A stretch of 64,000 nt of DNA, from NCBI GenBank assembly GCA_965246885.1, contig OZ251992.1, positions 1,216,001-1,280,000 on the forward strand, in the 5' to 3' direction. The position numbers were made by a program, and so were the translations under genes. This document shows positions 26,925 to 36,811 of the stretch, piece after piece; positions within the stretch are counted from its first letter, which is position 1; each line of letters begins with the position of its first letter. The notes beneath the pieces were generated by a model. It ran no database searches. It was given only the letters and a program-made list of their open reading frames with translations, and had not been told where the DNA came from. The stretch is from Abditibacterium sp. (GTDB lineage Bacteria; Armatimonadota; Abditibacteriia; Abditibacteriales; Abditibacteriaceae).

Positions 26925-27407
26925 ATGGACATCAACGCCAACTCCGCCTTTTACCACGCCCAAAAAACGCCCGCCTCCAACGCCTTGACTGATCTCATCC
27001 GCGCGGTGTTTCGCATGAGCGCCAACGCCCAAAAAACGGGCACGCGGCTCACCAAAGGGCTGGGCCTGACCAACGCCCGTTGGCAGATGCTCGGCGAACT
27101 GCACGCCATTGAGGAGCGTGTGACGGTCAGCCAATTAGCGCGGCACATGGGGCTGACGCGCCAAGCCGTGCAACGTTTGGCCGATGACATGGCGCGCGAC
27201 GGCTTGCTCGAATTCCTCGCCAACCCGACCGACGCGCGCGCTATGCACCTCGTCTTGACCGAAACGGGCGCGGCTGTTTATCGGCACTCGCTCGAAGGCG
27301 AATGGCAATGGACGAACGCCGTCGCCGCCGACTTCGACGAGGCCGAACTGCGCGCCGCCGCGCGCCTCATCGAAGCCATTAACCGCAAGATGCAAGAGGC
27401 GCCTTGA
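26925..27407 (+). CDS. MarR family transcriptional regulator
   Basis: GLTNARWQMLG, TVSQLARHMGLTRQAVQRLAD and NPTDARAMHLVLTETG. Confidence 0.9.
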   Translation: MDINANSAFYHAQKTPASNALTDLIRAVFRMSANAQKTGTRLTKGLGLTNARWQMLGELHAIEERVTVSQLARHMGLTRQAVQRLADDMARDGLLEFLANPTDARAMHLVLTETGAAVYRHSLEGEWQWTNAVAADFDEAELRAAARLIEAINRKMQEAP

Positions 27408-27456
27408 CGCGGCGGGCCGGGATAGGCATAATCTCCTTTGACAACGCATTGTCAAA
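27404..27456 (+). promoter_or_regulatory. Sigma70-type promoter and palindromic operator upstream of the P450 gene
   Basis: TTGACG (27404), 17-nt spacer, CATAAT (27427); perfect inverted repeat TTTGACAA-CGCA-TTGTCAAA at 27437-27456. Confidence 0.75.
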
Positions 27457-27461
27457 TATCC

Positions 27462-28688
27462 ATGTCCACTGCCGCCGCCCAATTCGACCCGCGCCAAGCG
27501 CAATTCACTACCGACCGCTTCTCCTTGCTGGCGCAAATGCGTGCCGAGGCTCCGGTCACTTTCCTGCCCGCTCTCGGCGTGTGGGCGGTGACGCGCTGGG
27601 AGGAGGCGCGCAATGTGTTGGGCGACCCGGAGCTATTCGCGTCGTCGGAGGCGTTCAGCGCGGCGGTGCATTTGGCGCCCGAAGCGTTGGCGATTCTGCC
27701 GATGAGTTCGCCGCTTTTCGCGTATTCGATTATCAACGTGGACAAGCCTCTGCATCCCCGTCTGCGCGAGCCGCTCATGGCCGCGTTTTCGCCGCGCCGC
27801 ATGGACTCGCTCGCGCCCGCTATCGTCGCGGATGTGGAAGAGTTGCTCGTGGCGATGGAGGGCATGGACGGGGTTGACCTGATGCAAGCGGTGTGCAAGC
27901 CCGTTCCGCTTCGCGCGATTTGCCGCCTGTTCGGGATTCCGCTCGCCGATGCCGACAAGTTGCGCGGCTGGTCGGACGCTTTCGTGGCTTTTCAAATCCC
28001 CGGTTTGCCCCTCGAAGCGCAGGTTGGCGCGGCGCACGGACTGCGCGCGCTCGAAACGTATATCCGCGCGCTCATCGCCGAAAAGACCGCGACGCCGGAC
28101 GACGGCTTGGTCGCCTCGCTCGTCGCGGGCCGCGCCCAAAGCGAGAACGACTTGAGCGACGACGAACTGGTGGCCGACATTGCGAGCGTCTTCTTCGCGG
28201 GGCACGAAACGACGATTAACACCCTCGGCAACGCCTTTCATTCGCTGCTCGCGCGGCGCGACTTGTGGGACGCGGTCGCGACGGGGACGGTCGGCGGCGA
28301 CGAGTTGACCGACGAACTGCTGCGCCATGACACGTCGGTGATGGGCCTCTATCGCCGCGCGACGACGGAGACCATCATCGGCGGTGTCAGCGTGCCCAAA
28401 GACGCGACTCTGTGGGTTGCCTTCGGCGCCGCCAACCGCGACCCCGCCAAGTTCGACGCGCCCGAAAAGCTCGTGTGTCCGCGCACGGGCGCCCGTCAGC
28501 ATCTCGCGTTCGGCTATGGCGTTCACTACTGCGTCGGCGCCGCGCTCGCGCGTTTGCAGATAAGCGAAGTCGTCACTCGGACGGCCAAACGCTTCCCCAC
28601 GATGCAGTTGGCGCATGGAGCGTTCGTGCCGGAAATTCCGCATCACGCGCTCCGCGCACCCATTATATTGCCCGTCGTGCTGCAATAG
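27462..28688 (+). CDS. Cytochrome P450
   Basis: I-helix FAGHETT, K-helix ELLR, AANRDP and heme motif FGYGVHYCVG. Confidence 0.97.
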   Translation: MSTAAAQFDPRQAQFTTDRFSLLAQMRAEAPVTFLPALGVWAVTRWEEARNVLGDPELFASSEAFSAAVHLAPEALAILPMSSPLFAYSIINVDKPLHPRLREPLMAAFSPRRMDSLAPAIVADVEELLVAMEGMDGVDLMQAVCKPVPLRAICRLFGIPLADADKLRGWSDAFVAFQIPGLPLEAQVGAAHGLRALETYIRALIAEKTATPDDGLVASLVAGRAQSENDLSDDELVADIASVFFAGHETTINTLGNAFHSLLARRDLWDAVATGTVGGDELTDELLRHDTSVMGLYRRATTETIIGGVSVPKDATLWVAFGAANRDPAKFDAPEKLVCPRTGARQHLAFGYGVHYCVGAALARLQISEVVTRTAKRFPTMQLAHGAFVPEIPHHALRAPIILPVVLQ

Positions 28689-28742
28689 AGGAGCGCAGTG
28701 GGAAGCAATGCGGCACAGAACGCGCATCCCGTGCCGTTCACT

Positions 28743-29711
28743 ATGCCCGAAGGCCCCGAAGTGCGTCGTTACGCGCTCCAACTCCAAGACGCGCTCGCGG
28801 GCGAAGAACTCGTCGCGCTGTCGGCGCGCACTCAGGGCGCCAAAGCGTGGCTTCTTGAACACGGCGCGGGGCTTGTCGGAAAGCGCATTGAGCAAGTCCG
28901 CTCGCATGGCAAGCACCTGTATGGCACGGTCGAGGGCGGCGTCGGCTTCCACTCGCACCTGATGATGTGGGGGCGCTGGCAACTGCTTGGCGCCGGGGAT
29001 GCTCCGCCGCCCGACCGCCGCGAGCGGGCGCGCATCGTGGTTCCAAACGCGGGTGCCTTGCTCCTGTCGGCGCCCATATTCGAGATGTTCACCGGCCTCC
29101 CGTACGAGCAGATTGACAACCTACGCACCCTCGGCCCCGATATTCTCCCCTACGACGGCGCCTTTGACGCCCACGAATGGGAGCGGCGCTTGCTGTTGCC
29201 CGAAAACCAAGGGCGCGAAGTCGGCGCGGTCTTGTTGGATCAGCGCGTGTGCGCGGGCATCGGCAACTACTTCCGCGCCGATTTACTGTGGACGTGCGGG
29301 ATTAACCCTTGGACGCGCGCGGGCGACCTCTCGCCTTCGGAGCGCGCCTGCTTGGGTGAGCAGATTCCCACGCTTGCCCGCCGCTCGCTCGCCGAGCCGG
29401 GAGTCACTGTCGCGCCCGACCTACGCGCTCGCTTGTTGGACGACCCGACGCTCCACTACAACCCGGAAATCCCCGAATGGGCCGCGCGTCACGCCGTCTT
29501 TCGGCGCACCAACTTGCCCTGCCTCCGGTGCGGCGAACCCATCAAGCAGAAATACCAGACCACCTACCAAACCCCCGACGGCGACGACGAAAACGATCGG
29601 GCGCGCCTCATCTACTTTTGCCCAAACTGTCAGGGCGTGGACATCGCGGGCGTGCCCAAAGCCAAAATGACCCGCCGAAAGACCGCCAAAACCCGCACGA
29701 CCAGCCCATGA
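28743..29711 (+). CDS. Fpg/Nei family DNA glycosylase/AP lyase
   Basis: MPEGPE N-terminus, HGKHL, HLMMWG, H2TH LLDQRVCAGIGNYF and Zn finger CLRC...CPNCQ. Confidence 0.93.
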   Translation: MPEGPEVRRYALQLQDALAGEELVALSARTQGAKAWLLEHGAGLVGKRIEQVRSHGKHLYGTVEGGVGFHSHLMMWGRWQLLGAGDAPPPDRRERARIVVPNAGALLLSAPIFEMFTGLPYEQIDNLRTLGPDILPYDGAFDAHEWERRLLLPENQGREVGAVLLDQRVCAGIGNYFRADLLWTCGINPWTRAGDLSPSERACLGEQIPTLARRSLAEPGVTVAPDLRARLLDDPTLHYNPEIPEWAARHAVFRRTNLPCLRCGEPIKQKYQTTYQTPDGDDENDRARLIYFCPNCQGVDIAGVPKAKMTRRKTAKTRTTSP

Positions 29712-30880
29712 AACCCGCGTTTTTTCTCGCGTTGCTCGCCAGCCCCGTCATGGCCGCGCCCACACTAATGCCGCATCCGGTGCAACTCCAAAGCGGGGCG
29801 CGGTTTGTGCTGCGTTTGCCCGCGCGCTATGCTATCGCGCCGGTTATCGAGGGTTTGGCCCGACCGCGCTTTTTTGCGGTCGCGCCCGATAGTCGCATCT
29901 TCCTCACGCAGATGCACGACAAGACCGACAACTCGCTCGGCAAAGTCACCATCTTGGGCACCTACAACGCGCTCACTCGTCGCTTTGCCGGGCAAAGCGA
30001 CTACTTGAGCGGCCTGCGCAACCCCAACTCCGTCGCCTTTTGGCGCGACCCCAACGATGGGAAGATGTGGCTGTATCTGGCGCTTACCGACCGCCTCGTC
30101 CGTTACCCCTTTCGCGCGGGCGACATCAAACCTTCCGGCGAGCCGCAAACCTTGGCGCGCTTCCCGGCTTATGGCCTGAGCTACAAATACGGCGGCTGGC
30201 ACCTCACGCGCACCGTCACCGTTGACCAGCAAAGCGGGCGCGTGTGGGTGTCCATCGGCTCCAGTGGCAACGCTCTGGTTGAAAAGGAAGCTATCCGCGC
30301 GACGGTGCTGAGCATGAACGCCGATGGCACGCATCAAACCACCTACGCGCGCGGTCTTCGCAACGCCGTCGGCCTCAAATGGGAGCGCGGCGCGCTGTGG
30401 GCGACCAACCAAGGCGCCGATCACTTGGGCGACGACGCGCCCAACGACACCTTCACCCGCCTTCGGGGGGGCGCGGATTACGGCTGGCCGTTCTGCTACC
30501 AATCGGGCGGGCGCGTGCGCCTCGATCCGCGCTTCCACCGCCCGACCGGGGCATCGGGTGTCCCACTCGCGCTCGTGGCGTTCCCGGCTCACTCTTCGGC
30601 GTTGGGGTTCGCGTGGTTCGACCAAAAGACCGCCGACCCGGCCCTGCGTAATCGGTGGCTGTTCGCCCTGCACGGGTCGGGCTTTACCCGTCTCCGGCGC
30701 GGCTACTCGCTTGTCACGGCCACCCCGGATGGGCGCCTCACCCCGTTTCTAACGGGCTTTTTGCAACACGGCCACATCAACGGCAGGCCGTGCGACATCC
30801 TGCGCCTCCCCGACGGTTCGTTCCTCTTCTCAGACGACTACGCGGGCGTCGTCTACCGCGTCGCGCCCTTAGCCCACTGA
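29708..30880 (+). CDS. PQQ-dependent sugar/sorbosone dehydrogenase family beta-propeller
   Basis: Signal peptide; ARGLRNAVG, GADYGWP, PAHSSALG, ALHGS, GRPCD and SDD.AGVVYRV. Confidence 0.85.
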   Translation: MKPAFFLALLASPVMAAPTLMPHPVQLQSGARFVLRLPARYAIAPVIEGLARPRFFAVAPDSRIFLTQMHDKTDNSLGKVTILGTYNALTRRFAGQSDYLSGLRNPNSVAFWRDPNDGKMWLYLALTDRLVRYPFRAGDIKPSGEPQTLARFPAYGLSYKYGGWHLTRTVTVDQQSGRVWVSIGSSGNALVEKEAIRATVLSMNADGTHQTTYARGLRNAVGLKWERGALWATNQGADHLGDDAPNDTFTRLRGGADYGWPFCYQSGGRVRLDPRFHRPTGASGVPLALVAFPAHSSALGFAWFDQKTADPALRNRWLFALHGSGFTRLRRGYSLVTATPDGRLTPFLTGFLQHGHINGRPCDILRLPDGSFLFSDDYAGVVYRVAPLAH

Positions 30881-31795
30881 CGCGTTGGCCCGCGCGAAGT
30901 CCTCCCCGGCGTGGTAGGAACTGCGCACGAAGGGGCCACTCGCCACCATAGAGAAGCCCATTTGCTCACCAATGGCTTGCAAGTCGGCAAATTCGTCGGG
31001 GTGCGCATAACGGTGGACGGGCAGGTGACGCGGCGTTGGGCGCAGATACTGACCGATGGTGAGGAAGTCCACACCGTGCGCGCGTAGGTCACGCAGCACT
31101 TCCACGACCTGTTCCTGCGTTTCGCCCAGACCTAACATCAGGCCGGACTTCGTCTTAATTCCAGTGCCGCTTACCCTTTGGAGCAGTTCCAAGCTCCTTT
31201 CATACAGCGAGCCGGGACGCACGTGGCGATACAGCGCGGGCACGGTTTCGATGTTGTGGTTATACACATCGGGGCGCGTCGCCGCGACTTGCTCCAACGC
31301 CGCCCAGTTGCCCTTGAAGTCGGGCGTGAGTATCTCGATTTGCGCGTCGGGCAGTTCCGCCCGCACAGCTTGAATCGTCGCCACCCAATGCGAGGCGCCG
31401 CCATCGGGCAGGTCGTCGCGGTCTACGCTTGTAATCACCACGTATTTCAAGCCCAACTCGCGCGCCGACAGCGCGACTTTGCGCGGTTCCTCCGGGTCGA
31501 GGGCGCGCGGCTTGGCGGTCGAGACGTTGCAAAAGCCGCAGTTGCGCGTGCAGGCCTCGCCGCCAATCATGAACGTCGCGGTTTTGTGGCTCCAGCACTC
31601 GCCGATGTTGGGGCACCTCGCTTCTTGGCACACAGTCACAATCCCCCGCTCGCGGAGCAGCGCGTCGGTTGCGGCGCTTTGGCGGAACTTGCCCGCTTTG
31701 GTCTTCATCCAAGGCGGCAACTTCTCGGCGTTAGGGAACGCCCGATGCGCGTCGTGCGCGCCGATGCGCAGGCTGTCGAGCGGGATAATTTGCAT
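30869..31795 (-). CDS. lipA: Lipoyl synthase
   Basis: TVCQEARCPNIGECW, CTRNCGFC, TSVDRDDL and VRSSYHA. Confidence 0.97.
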   Translation of the reverse strand: MQIIPLDSLRIGAHDAHRAFPNAEKLPPWMKTKAGKFRQSAATDALLRERGIVTVCQEARCPNIGECWSHKTATFMIGGEACTRNCGFCNVSTAKPRALDPEEPRKVALSARELGLKYVVITSVDRDDLPDGGASHWVATIQAVRAELPDAQIEILTPDFKGNWAALEQVAATRPDVYNHNIETVPALYRHVRPGSLYERSLELLQRVSGTGIKTKSGLMLGLGETQEQVVEVLRDLRAHGVDFLTIGQYLRPTPRHLPVHRYAHPDEFADLQAIGEQMGFSMVASGPFVRSSYHAGEDFARANASVG

Positions 31796-31823
31796 GAGAA
31801 GCAGTGTAGGTGGACGGGCGACA

Positions 31824-31949
31824 GACATCTGTCATTGCTCGGCGCATGTCTGTCGGCGACTGGCGCATGTCTGTCATCGAGCGGCGCATGTCTGTCATCG
31901 AGCGGCGCGCCTGTGTCATTGCTCGGCGCGGGCCTGTCATTGCGTCGCC
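31824..31949. repeat. Tandem array of six 21-nt units (consensus CATGTCTGTCATYGMKCGGCG)
   Basis: Units at 31824, 31845, 31866, 31887, 31908 and 31929; units 3 and 4 are identical. Confidence 0.93.
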
Positions 31950-31958
31950 GCCGTCCGT

Positions 31959-32723
31959 TTAATTCGAGCGGGTGATGCCGATTTGCAGCCCGGAAATATC
32001 TATGCTGTCAAAAGGCACGTAGCTGTTGGAAGCGGGGTTGGAAAACGAGGGGTCAACGCCGAAGTTTTCGTCGTTGGTGGCGCCGGTCGCATCACTGACC
32101 GATGTGGTGCGGGTCGCGCCGATTTGGATTTGGACGGGAGTAGCGACTTGCGCGGGGCCGAGGGCGTCCACCGGTTTGACGCGGTTGTCCGCCGGGTCGC
32201 GGTTGATGGTATTCGTCGTGACGGCATTAAGGTCGAAGCGGTCGGTGCCAATGGCCGTTCCCGCCGCATTGCGCGGGAAGATGTAGGTCGTGCTGCCCGG
32301 CAGTTGGGCGTCGAGGTCAACCGTAAAGTCGAGGCCGTTTGTGGTGGCGCGCGGGGTGAACACGAACAGGCCATTGCTACCAGAAATCTCGCGCTCTGTC
32401 GCGGCGTCGGAGGGCGTGGAGCGGTAGAAGACTTGGAAGTTGCCCAAGTGATACAAGATAAGCAAGCGGAAAGTGCCGCCGACCACGCCGTTTTGGATGG
32501 GCGTATTGCCTAACAGCGCCGCAGGCCCAACGCCCGCGCCGGTATCATCAAAGGCCACGCCGTAGTAATAGTTCGGGTTGAGGGTGCCCACGAGGGACAA
32601 CGTGGTCTCGAAGCGGTTGGCGGTACGAATCGTCGGCCCCCCGGCGGGGCTTTTGGCGCACCCGCCAAGGGTCAGGGACACAAGAGCGGCGGCAAGAGGC
32701 GCAAAGAAAAGAGGGCGGCGCAT
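31959..32723 (-). CDS. Hypothetical lipoprotein
   Basis: MRRPLFFAPLAAALVSLTLGGC lipobox and beta-rich mature part. Alternative start at 32750. Confidence 0.75.
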   Translation of the reverse strand: MRRPLFFAPLAAALVSLTLGGCAKSPAGGPTIRTANRFETTLSLVGTLNPNYYYGVAFDDTGAGVGPAALLGNTPIQNGVVGGTFRLLILYHLGNFQVFYRSTPSDAATEREISGSNGLFVFTPRATTNGLDFTVDLDAQLPGSTTYIFPRNAAGTAIGTDRFDLNAVTTNTINRDPADNRVKPVDALGPAQVATPVQIQIGATRTTSVSDATGATNDENFGVDPSFSNPASNSYVPFDSIDISGLQIGITRSN

Positions 32724-32746
32724 GGCGGATAGTTTGAGGGGTTGGC

Positions 32747-33523
32747 TCATATCCGCACCATCACGCTCCACACGACTTGCACCAAGGCGTGGATGAAAAA
32801 GGCGGGCACAAACGACTTTTCTCGCCAGCAAATGACGCCCAAGGCGCCGCCACCCAGAAAGCTCGACCAGAACTCAAAGGGCGGCTTGCCCGCGTGCGCG
32901 AAGCCGAACATAACGGCGCCGATGATGATGGACGCGGCGGCGCCAATCCCCTGCGCAGCGCCGAACAGCAAAAAGCCGCGAAAGCACCACTCCCAGCAGA
33001 ACATGTAAAACACGAGCGAAGCGAGGACGACGGCCCACTGCCCGATGTTGGTGGTGGGCGGGAGGTAGTCGCTGTAAGCGAGGCGGGTGCTAAGGTCGCG
33101 CGAAGCAAACCACAAGAACGGCGCCATGACGGTTGTCACGGCGAAAGCGAAGAGGGCGTAGCGGCGCCAGTTCTTCCACTTCCAGCCGTACTGCCAGGCG
33201 TTGTTGCGCTCGTTGCGCAGCCAGTCGGGGCGCGTTAAGCCCTGCCCGAAGAACATCCACACGATCAGAAGGGGGATGAGGAAGTTGGAAACAAAGGAAG
33301 TGCCGATCCAGCGCCCCCAGAACTGCGCAGGCGGGAAGTAGGGCGAGCGGTATTGCGCAAACAACAAGACCGCCCCGGTTGCCAAGGCGAACATCGCGCG
33401 GAGCGCGAGTGTAGCAGGAGTTTCGTCGTCTTCCCATGTCGCGCCAACGGGCGCCCGCGCATCGGGGGTGGGCGAGGGCGGCGGGAGCGGCGGGTCGGGT
33501 GGGGTGCCGTTGGATGAGTTCAT
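32747..33523 (-). CDS. CPBP (CAAX/Abi) family intramembrane protease
   Basis: WEWCFRGFLL, FGFAHAGKP..E and IHAL motifs. Confidence 0.85.
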   Translation of the reverse strand: MNSSNGTPPDPPLPPPSPTPDARAPVGATWEDDETPATLALRAMFALATGAVLLFAQYRSPYFPPAQFWGRWIGTSFVSNFLIPLLIVWMFFGQGLTRPDWLRNERNNAWQYGWKWKNWRRYALFAFAVTTVMAPFLWFASRDLSTRLAYSDYLPPTTNIGQWAVVLASLVFYMFCWEWCFRGFLLFGAAQGIGAAASIIIGAVMFGFAHAGKPPFEFWSSFLGGGALGVICWREKSFVPAFFIHALVQVVWSVMVRI

Positions 33524-33647
33524 GGGGCGGAAAGTGTGACGGAACGCGGCATAACTCTTCCTTGGCATCAAATGCGCGAACATTTTCGCGTAAATCGTGG
33601 GTGACGGGGCGGCTCCGGGAGCGCTAACCTATTTCCGTTTTCTTCCT

Positions 33648-34838
33648 ATGCTTTCCGAACGAATCAACCGTATTGCCCCGTCGCCCACCCTCGCGGTGTC
33701 GGCCAAGTCGAAGGCGATGCGCGCGGCGGGCGAAGACGTGCTCAGCTTCGACGTGGGCGAGCCGGACTTCGACACGCCCCAACACATCAAGGACGCTTGC
33801 ATCGCCGCCCTGCAAGGCGGCGACACCAAATACACCGCCGCCGCCGGAACGCCCAAATTCCGCGCCGCCATCGCCAAAAAGCTGGCCCGCGAGAATGGCT
33901 TGGAGTATGCGCCCGACGACATCGTGGTGTCGAGCGGCGGCAAACATTCTCTGTTTAATATCTTTCAGGCGGTGATCAACCCCGGCGACGAGGTGCTCAT
34001 TCCCGCGCCGTATTGGGTGTCGTATCCCGATCAGGTGTTACTCGCCGACGGCGTGCCGGTCATCCTCCCGACGACCGACAAAGACGGCTTCAAGATTTCA
34101 CCGGAACAGTTGGCGCAGGCGCTGCGCGAGCACCCGCGCGCTAAAGCCATTGTGCTCAACTCGCCCTCCAACCCAACGGGCGCAGTGTATTCGCCGGAGC
34201 ACTTGCGGCGTTTGGCCGAGGTGCTGGACGCTTACCCTCACGTGCTGGTCATCTCCGACGAGATATACGAGCACATGGTGTATGCCCCGAACGAGCAGTG
34301 GAGCATCGCGCGCTTTTCGCCGGAGTTCAAGGCGCGCTGCGTGCTTGTGCAAGGCTTGTCCAAGACGTACTCCATGACCGGCTGGCGCATCGGCTGGACG
34401 GCCTCGACGCCGGAGTTAGCGCGCGCGATGGGTAAGTTACAATCGCAGTCCACCTCGAACCCCACCAGTTTCGCCCAAGCGGGCGGCATCGCGGCGCTCG
34501 AAGGGCCTTTGCCGACGGAGATGTTGCGCGAGTTCGAGCGGCGCGGGCAAATCATGCGCGAACTGCTCAAAGACGTGCCCGGCTTTGAAGTGCCCCGTTC
34601 GGAGGGCGCCTTTTACCTGTTCCCCAAAGTGTCGGGATTGTTCGGGGTGATGGTTGGCAAGAACCGCCAAATCAACAGCGCGAGCGACCTGACCACCTAC
34701 CTGCTGGAAGTCGCCAAAGTCGCCGCCGTTCCCGGCGAAGGCTTTGGCGCGCCCGACCATGTGCGCTTTTCCTACGCCAACTCGCTGGAAAACATCAAGG
34801 AAGGCGTGAACCGGATACTACGGGTGCTGCCAGAGTGA
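33648..34838 (+). CDS. PLP-dependent class I/II (aspartate) aminotransferase
   Basis: GEPDFDTP, PYWVSY, NSPSNPTG, SDEIYE and SKTYSMTGWRIG. Confidence 0.95.
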   Translation: MLSERINRIAPSPTLAVSAKSKAMRAAGEDVLSFDVGEPDFDTPQHIKDACIAALQGGDTKYTAAAGTPKFRAAIAKKLARENGLEYAPDDIVVSSGGKHSLFNIFQAVINPGDEVLIPAPYWVSYPDQVLLADGVPVILPTTDKDGFKISPEQLAQALREHPRAKAIVLNSPSNPTGAVYSPEHLRRLAEVLDAYPHVLVISDEIYEHMVYAPNEQWSIARFSPEFKARCVLVQGLSKTYSMTGWRIGWTASTPELARAMGKLQSQSTSNPTSFAQAGGIAALEGPLPTEMLREFERRGQIMRELLKDVPGFEVPRSEGAFYLFPKVSGLFGVMVGKNRQINSASDLTTYLLEVAKVAAVPGEGFGAPDHVRFSYANSLENIKEGVNRILRVLPE

Positions 34839-34863
34839 GCGTAACTCCCAAGGAACTTAAACC

Positions 34864-35997
34864 ATGAGCGACAAAAAACCTTCCGGTCTCGAAGACGTTG
34901 TAGTGGCGCAGTCGAGCATTTGTTTCATTGACGGCAAGCGCGGCCAACTGGTGTATCGCGGCTACGACATAGACGACCTCGCGCAGCACGCGTCCTTCGA
35001 GGAAACCGCGTGGCTTTTGTGGAACGGCGACTTGCCCACCGCCGCGCAGGGAAGCGAACTCAAGGGTGATTTGGGCGCGGCGATGACTTTCCCCAAGCAC
35101 TTGCTGCCCCTCCTGCGCGAACTCCCCTTTGACGCCAACCCGATGCGCGTTTTGTCGCTCGCCGTCGCCGCTTTGGGTACCCTCGACCCCGACGCCGACT
35201 CGCTCGCGCCCGACGCCAACCGCCGCAAAGCCATCCGCTTGGCGGCGCAACTGCCCCTCATCACGACCGCATGGCATCGCATCCGCAACGGCTATGACCT
35301 GCTCACGCCCGACCCGGCCCGCTCTCTGGCGTGGAACTTTCTCTACTTATTGACGGGCAAGGAGCCGGACGACTACGCCGCCCGCACCTTTGACGCCGCG
35401 CTTATTCTCCACGCCGATCACGAACTGAACGCTTCCACCTTTTCGGCCCGCGTCACCGCCGCGACTCTTTCCGACTTGCACAGCGCTGTTTGCTCGGCCA
35501 TCAATACCCTGAAAGGCCCCTTGCACGGTGGCGCCAATGAAGCGGTCATGAAGATGCTCGAAGAGATTGGCACGCTGGATAACGTGGATCATTATATGGA
35601 GCAATTGCGCGCCAATAAGCAGAAAGTGATGGGCTTCGGGCACCGCGTTTACAAAGCCAAAGACCCGCGCGCCGTTATCTTGGAGCGCATGAGCGAGGAA
35701 CTCGGCAAGCGCGCGGGCGACACCAAATGGTTCGAGATGACGCGGCGCGTCGAGGAGCTTTTCCAGCCGACGGTCATCGAAAAGGGTATCTTCCCCAACG
35801 TGGACTTCTACTCCGCGTCCGCTTATCAAGTGATGGGCATCCCGCGCGACCTGTTCACGCCCATCTTCGCGTGCTCGCGCGTCGTCGGCTGGACGGCGCA
35901 CCTTTTCGAGCAATACGCCAACAACCGTTTGTTCCGCCCGTCGAGCGAATACGTCGGCTCCGTCGGGCGCAAGTGGGCACCCATCGAAGCGCGCTGA
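34864..35997 (+). CDS. Citrate synthase (short form; 2-methylcitrate synthase not excluded)
   Basis: LHADHELNASTF, GPLHGGANE, MGFGHRVYK..DPR and PNVDFY. Confidence 0.95.
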   Translation: MSDKKPSGLEDVVVAQSSICFIDGKRGQLVYRGYDIDDLAQHASFEETAWLLWNGDLPTAAQGSELKGDLGAAMTFPKHLLPLLRELPFDANPMRVLSLAVAALGTLDPDADSLAPDANRRKAIRLAAQLPLITTAWHRIRNGYDLLTPDPARSLAWNFLYLLTGKEPDDYAARTFDAALILHADHELNASTFSARVTAATLSDLHSAVCSAINTLKGPLHGGANEAVMKMLEEIGTLDNVDHYMEQLRANKQKVMGFGHRVYKAKDPRAVILERMSEELGKRAGDTKWFEMTRRVEELFQPTVIEKGIFPNVDFYSASAYQVMGIPRDLFTPIFACSRVVGWTAHLFEQYANNRLFRPSSEYVGSVGRKWAPIEAR

Positions 35998-36061
35998 GGT
36001 GCAGGCTACTGCAACCCTCTCACTTGCTACTTTAGCGCGTTTGTGACACACTGCGCGCGTC

Positions 36062-36766
36062 ATGGCTGTTCCCGTTCTTTTGCCAACCAACCTGCGCGAC
36101 GAGGTGTTTGGCGGCGTGCGCTACCACATTGAAGGCGAACTTGTCCCAGTCCTGCAAATCGAGTTGGGGCAGATGCCGATTTACTTCGAACATCACATCC
36201 TGCTTTGGAAAGACCCAGCGGTAGAGATAGGAGTAAAGTCACTCGCGGGCACGTTTAAGCGGGCCTTGGCGGGGATGCCCATCTTTATGACCGAAACGCG
36301 CGGCGCAGGGCGCATCGGTTTCTCGCGCGACGGGGCGGGGCACATCCTGCCCATCCACTTGCGGCAGGGCGACGCGCTGGATGTGCGCGAGCACCAGTTT
36401 TTGGCGGCGACGGCGGCTGTGGATTACACGTTCAACTTCGTGCGCGGCGCGGCGAACGTCTTGTTTGGCGGCGCGGGTTTGTTCATTGATACCTTCACCT
36501 GCCGCGCTCCTGAAGGCATCGTCTGGCTGCACGGCTACGGCAACGTCTTTGAGGTCACGCTTGCGGCGGGCGAGCAAATAGACATCGAACCGGGCGGCTG
36601 GCTTTACAAAGACCCATCGGTGCAAATGACGACGCAACTTCAGAAGCTGGCAACGGGCCTCTTCGCGTCGGCGGGGCAGTTGGTGTGGAACCGCTTTACC
36701 GGGCCGGGACGCATCGGTTTGCAATCGATGTATTACCATCCGCCCGTCGCCAGTGGGTCGGGTTAA
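36062..36766 (+). CDS. AIM24 family protein
   Basis: YHIEGELVPVL, EHHILLWK, LHGYGNVFE and FTGPGRIGLQSM. Confidence 0.88.
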   Translation: MAVPVLLPTNLRDEVFGGVRYHIEGELVPVLQIELGQMPIYFEHHILLWKDPAVEIGVKSLAGTFKRALAGMPIFMTETRGAGRIGFSRDGAGHILPIHLRQGDALDVREHQFLAATAAVDYTFNFVRGAANVLFGGAGLFIDTFTCRAPEGIVWLHGYGNVFEVTLAAGEQIDIEPGGWLYKDPSVQMTTQLQKLATGLFASAGQLVWNRFTGPGRIGLQSMYYHPPVASGSG

Positions 36767-36811
36767 GGGCGCGGCGGCGCCAGAGCGCGCACACTGTTAT
36801 TTAATCCTTTC

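Noticed and set aside
32747..33523. CPBP/Abi protease as phage defence
   Set aside because: Abi is only a historical family label, and the context is housekeeping.
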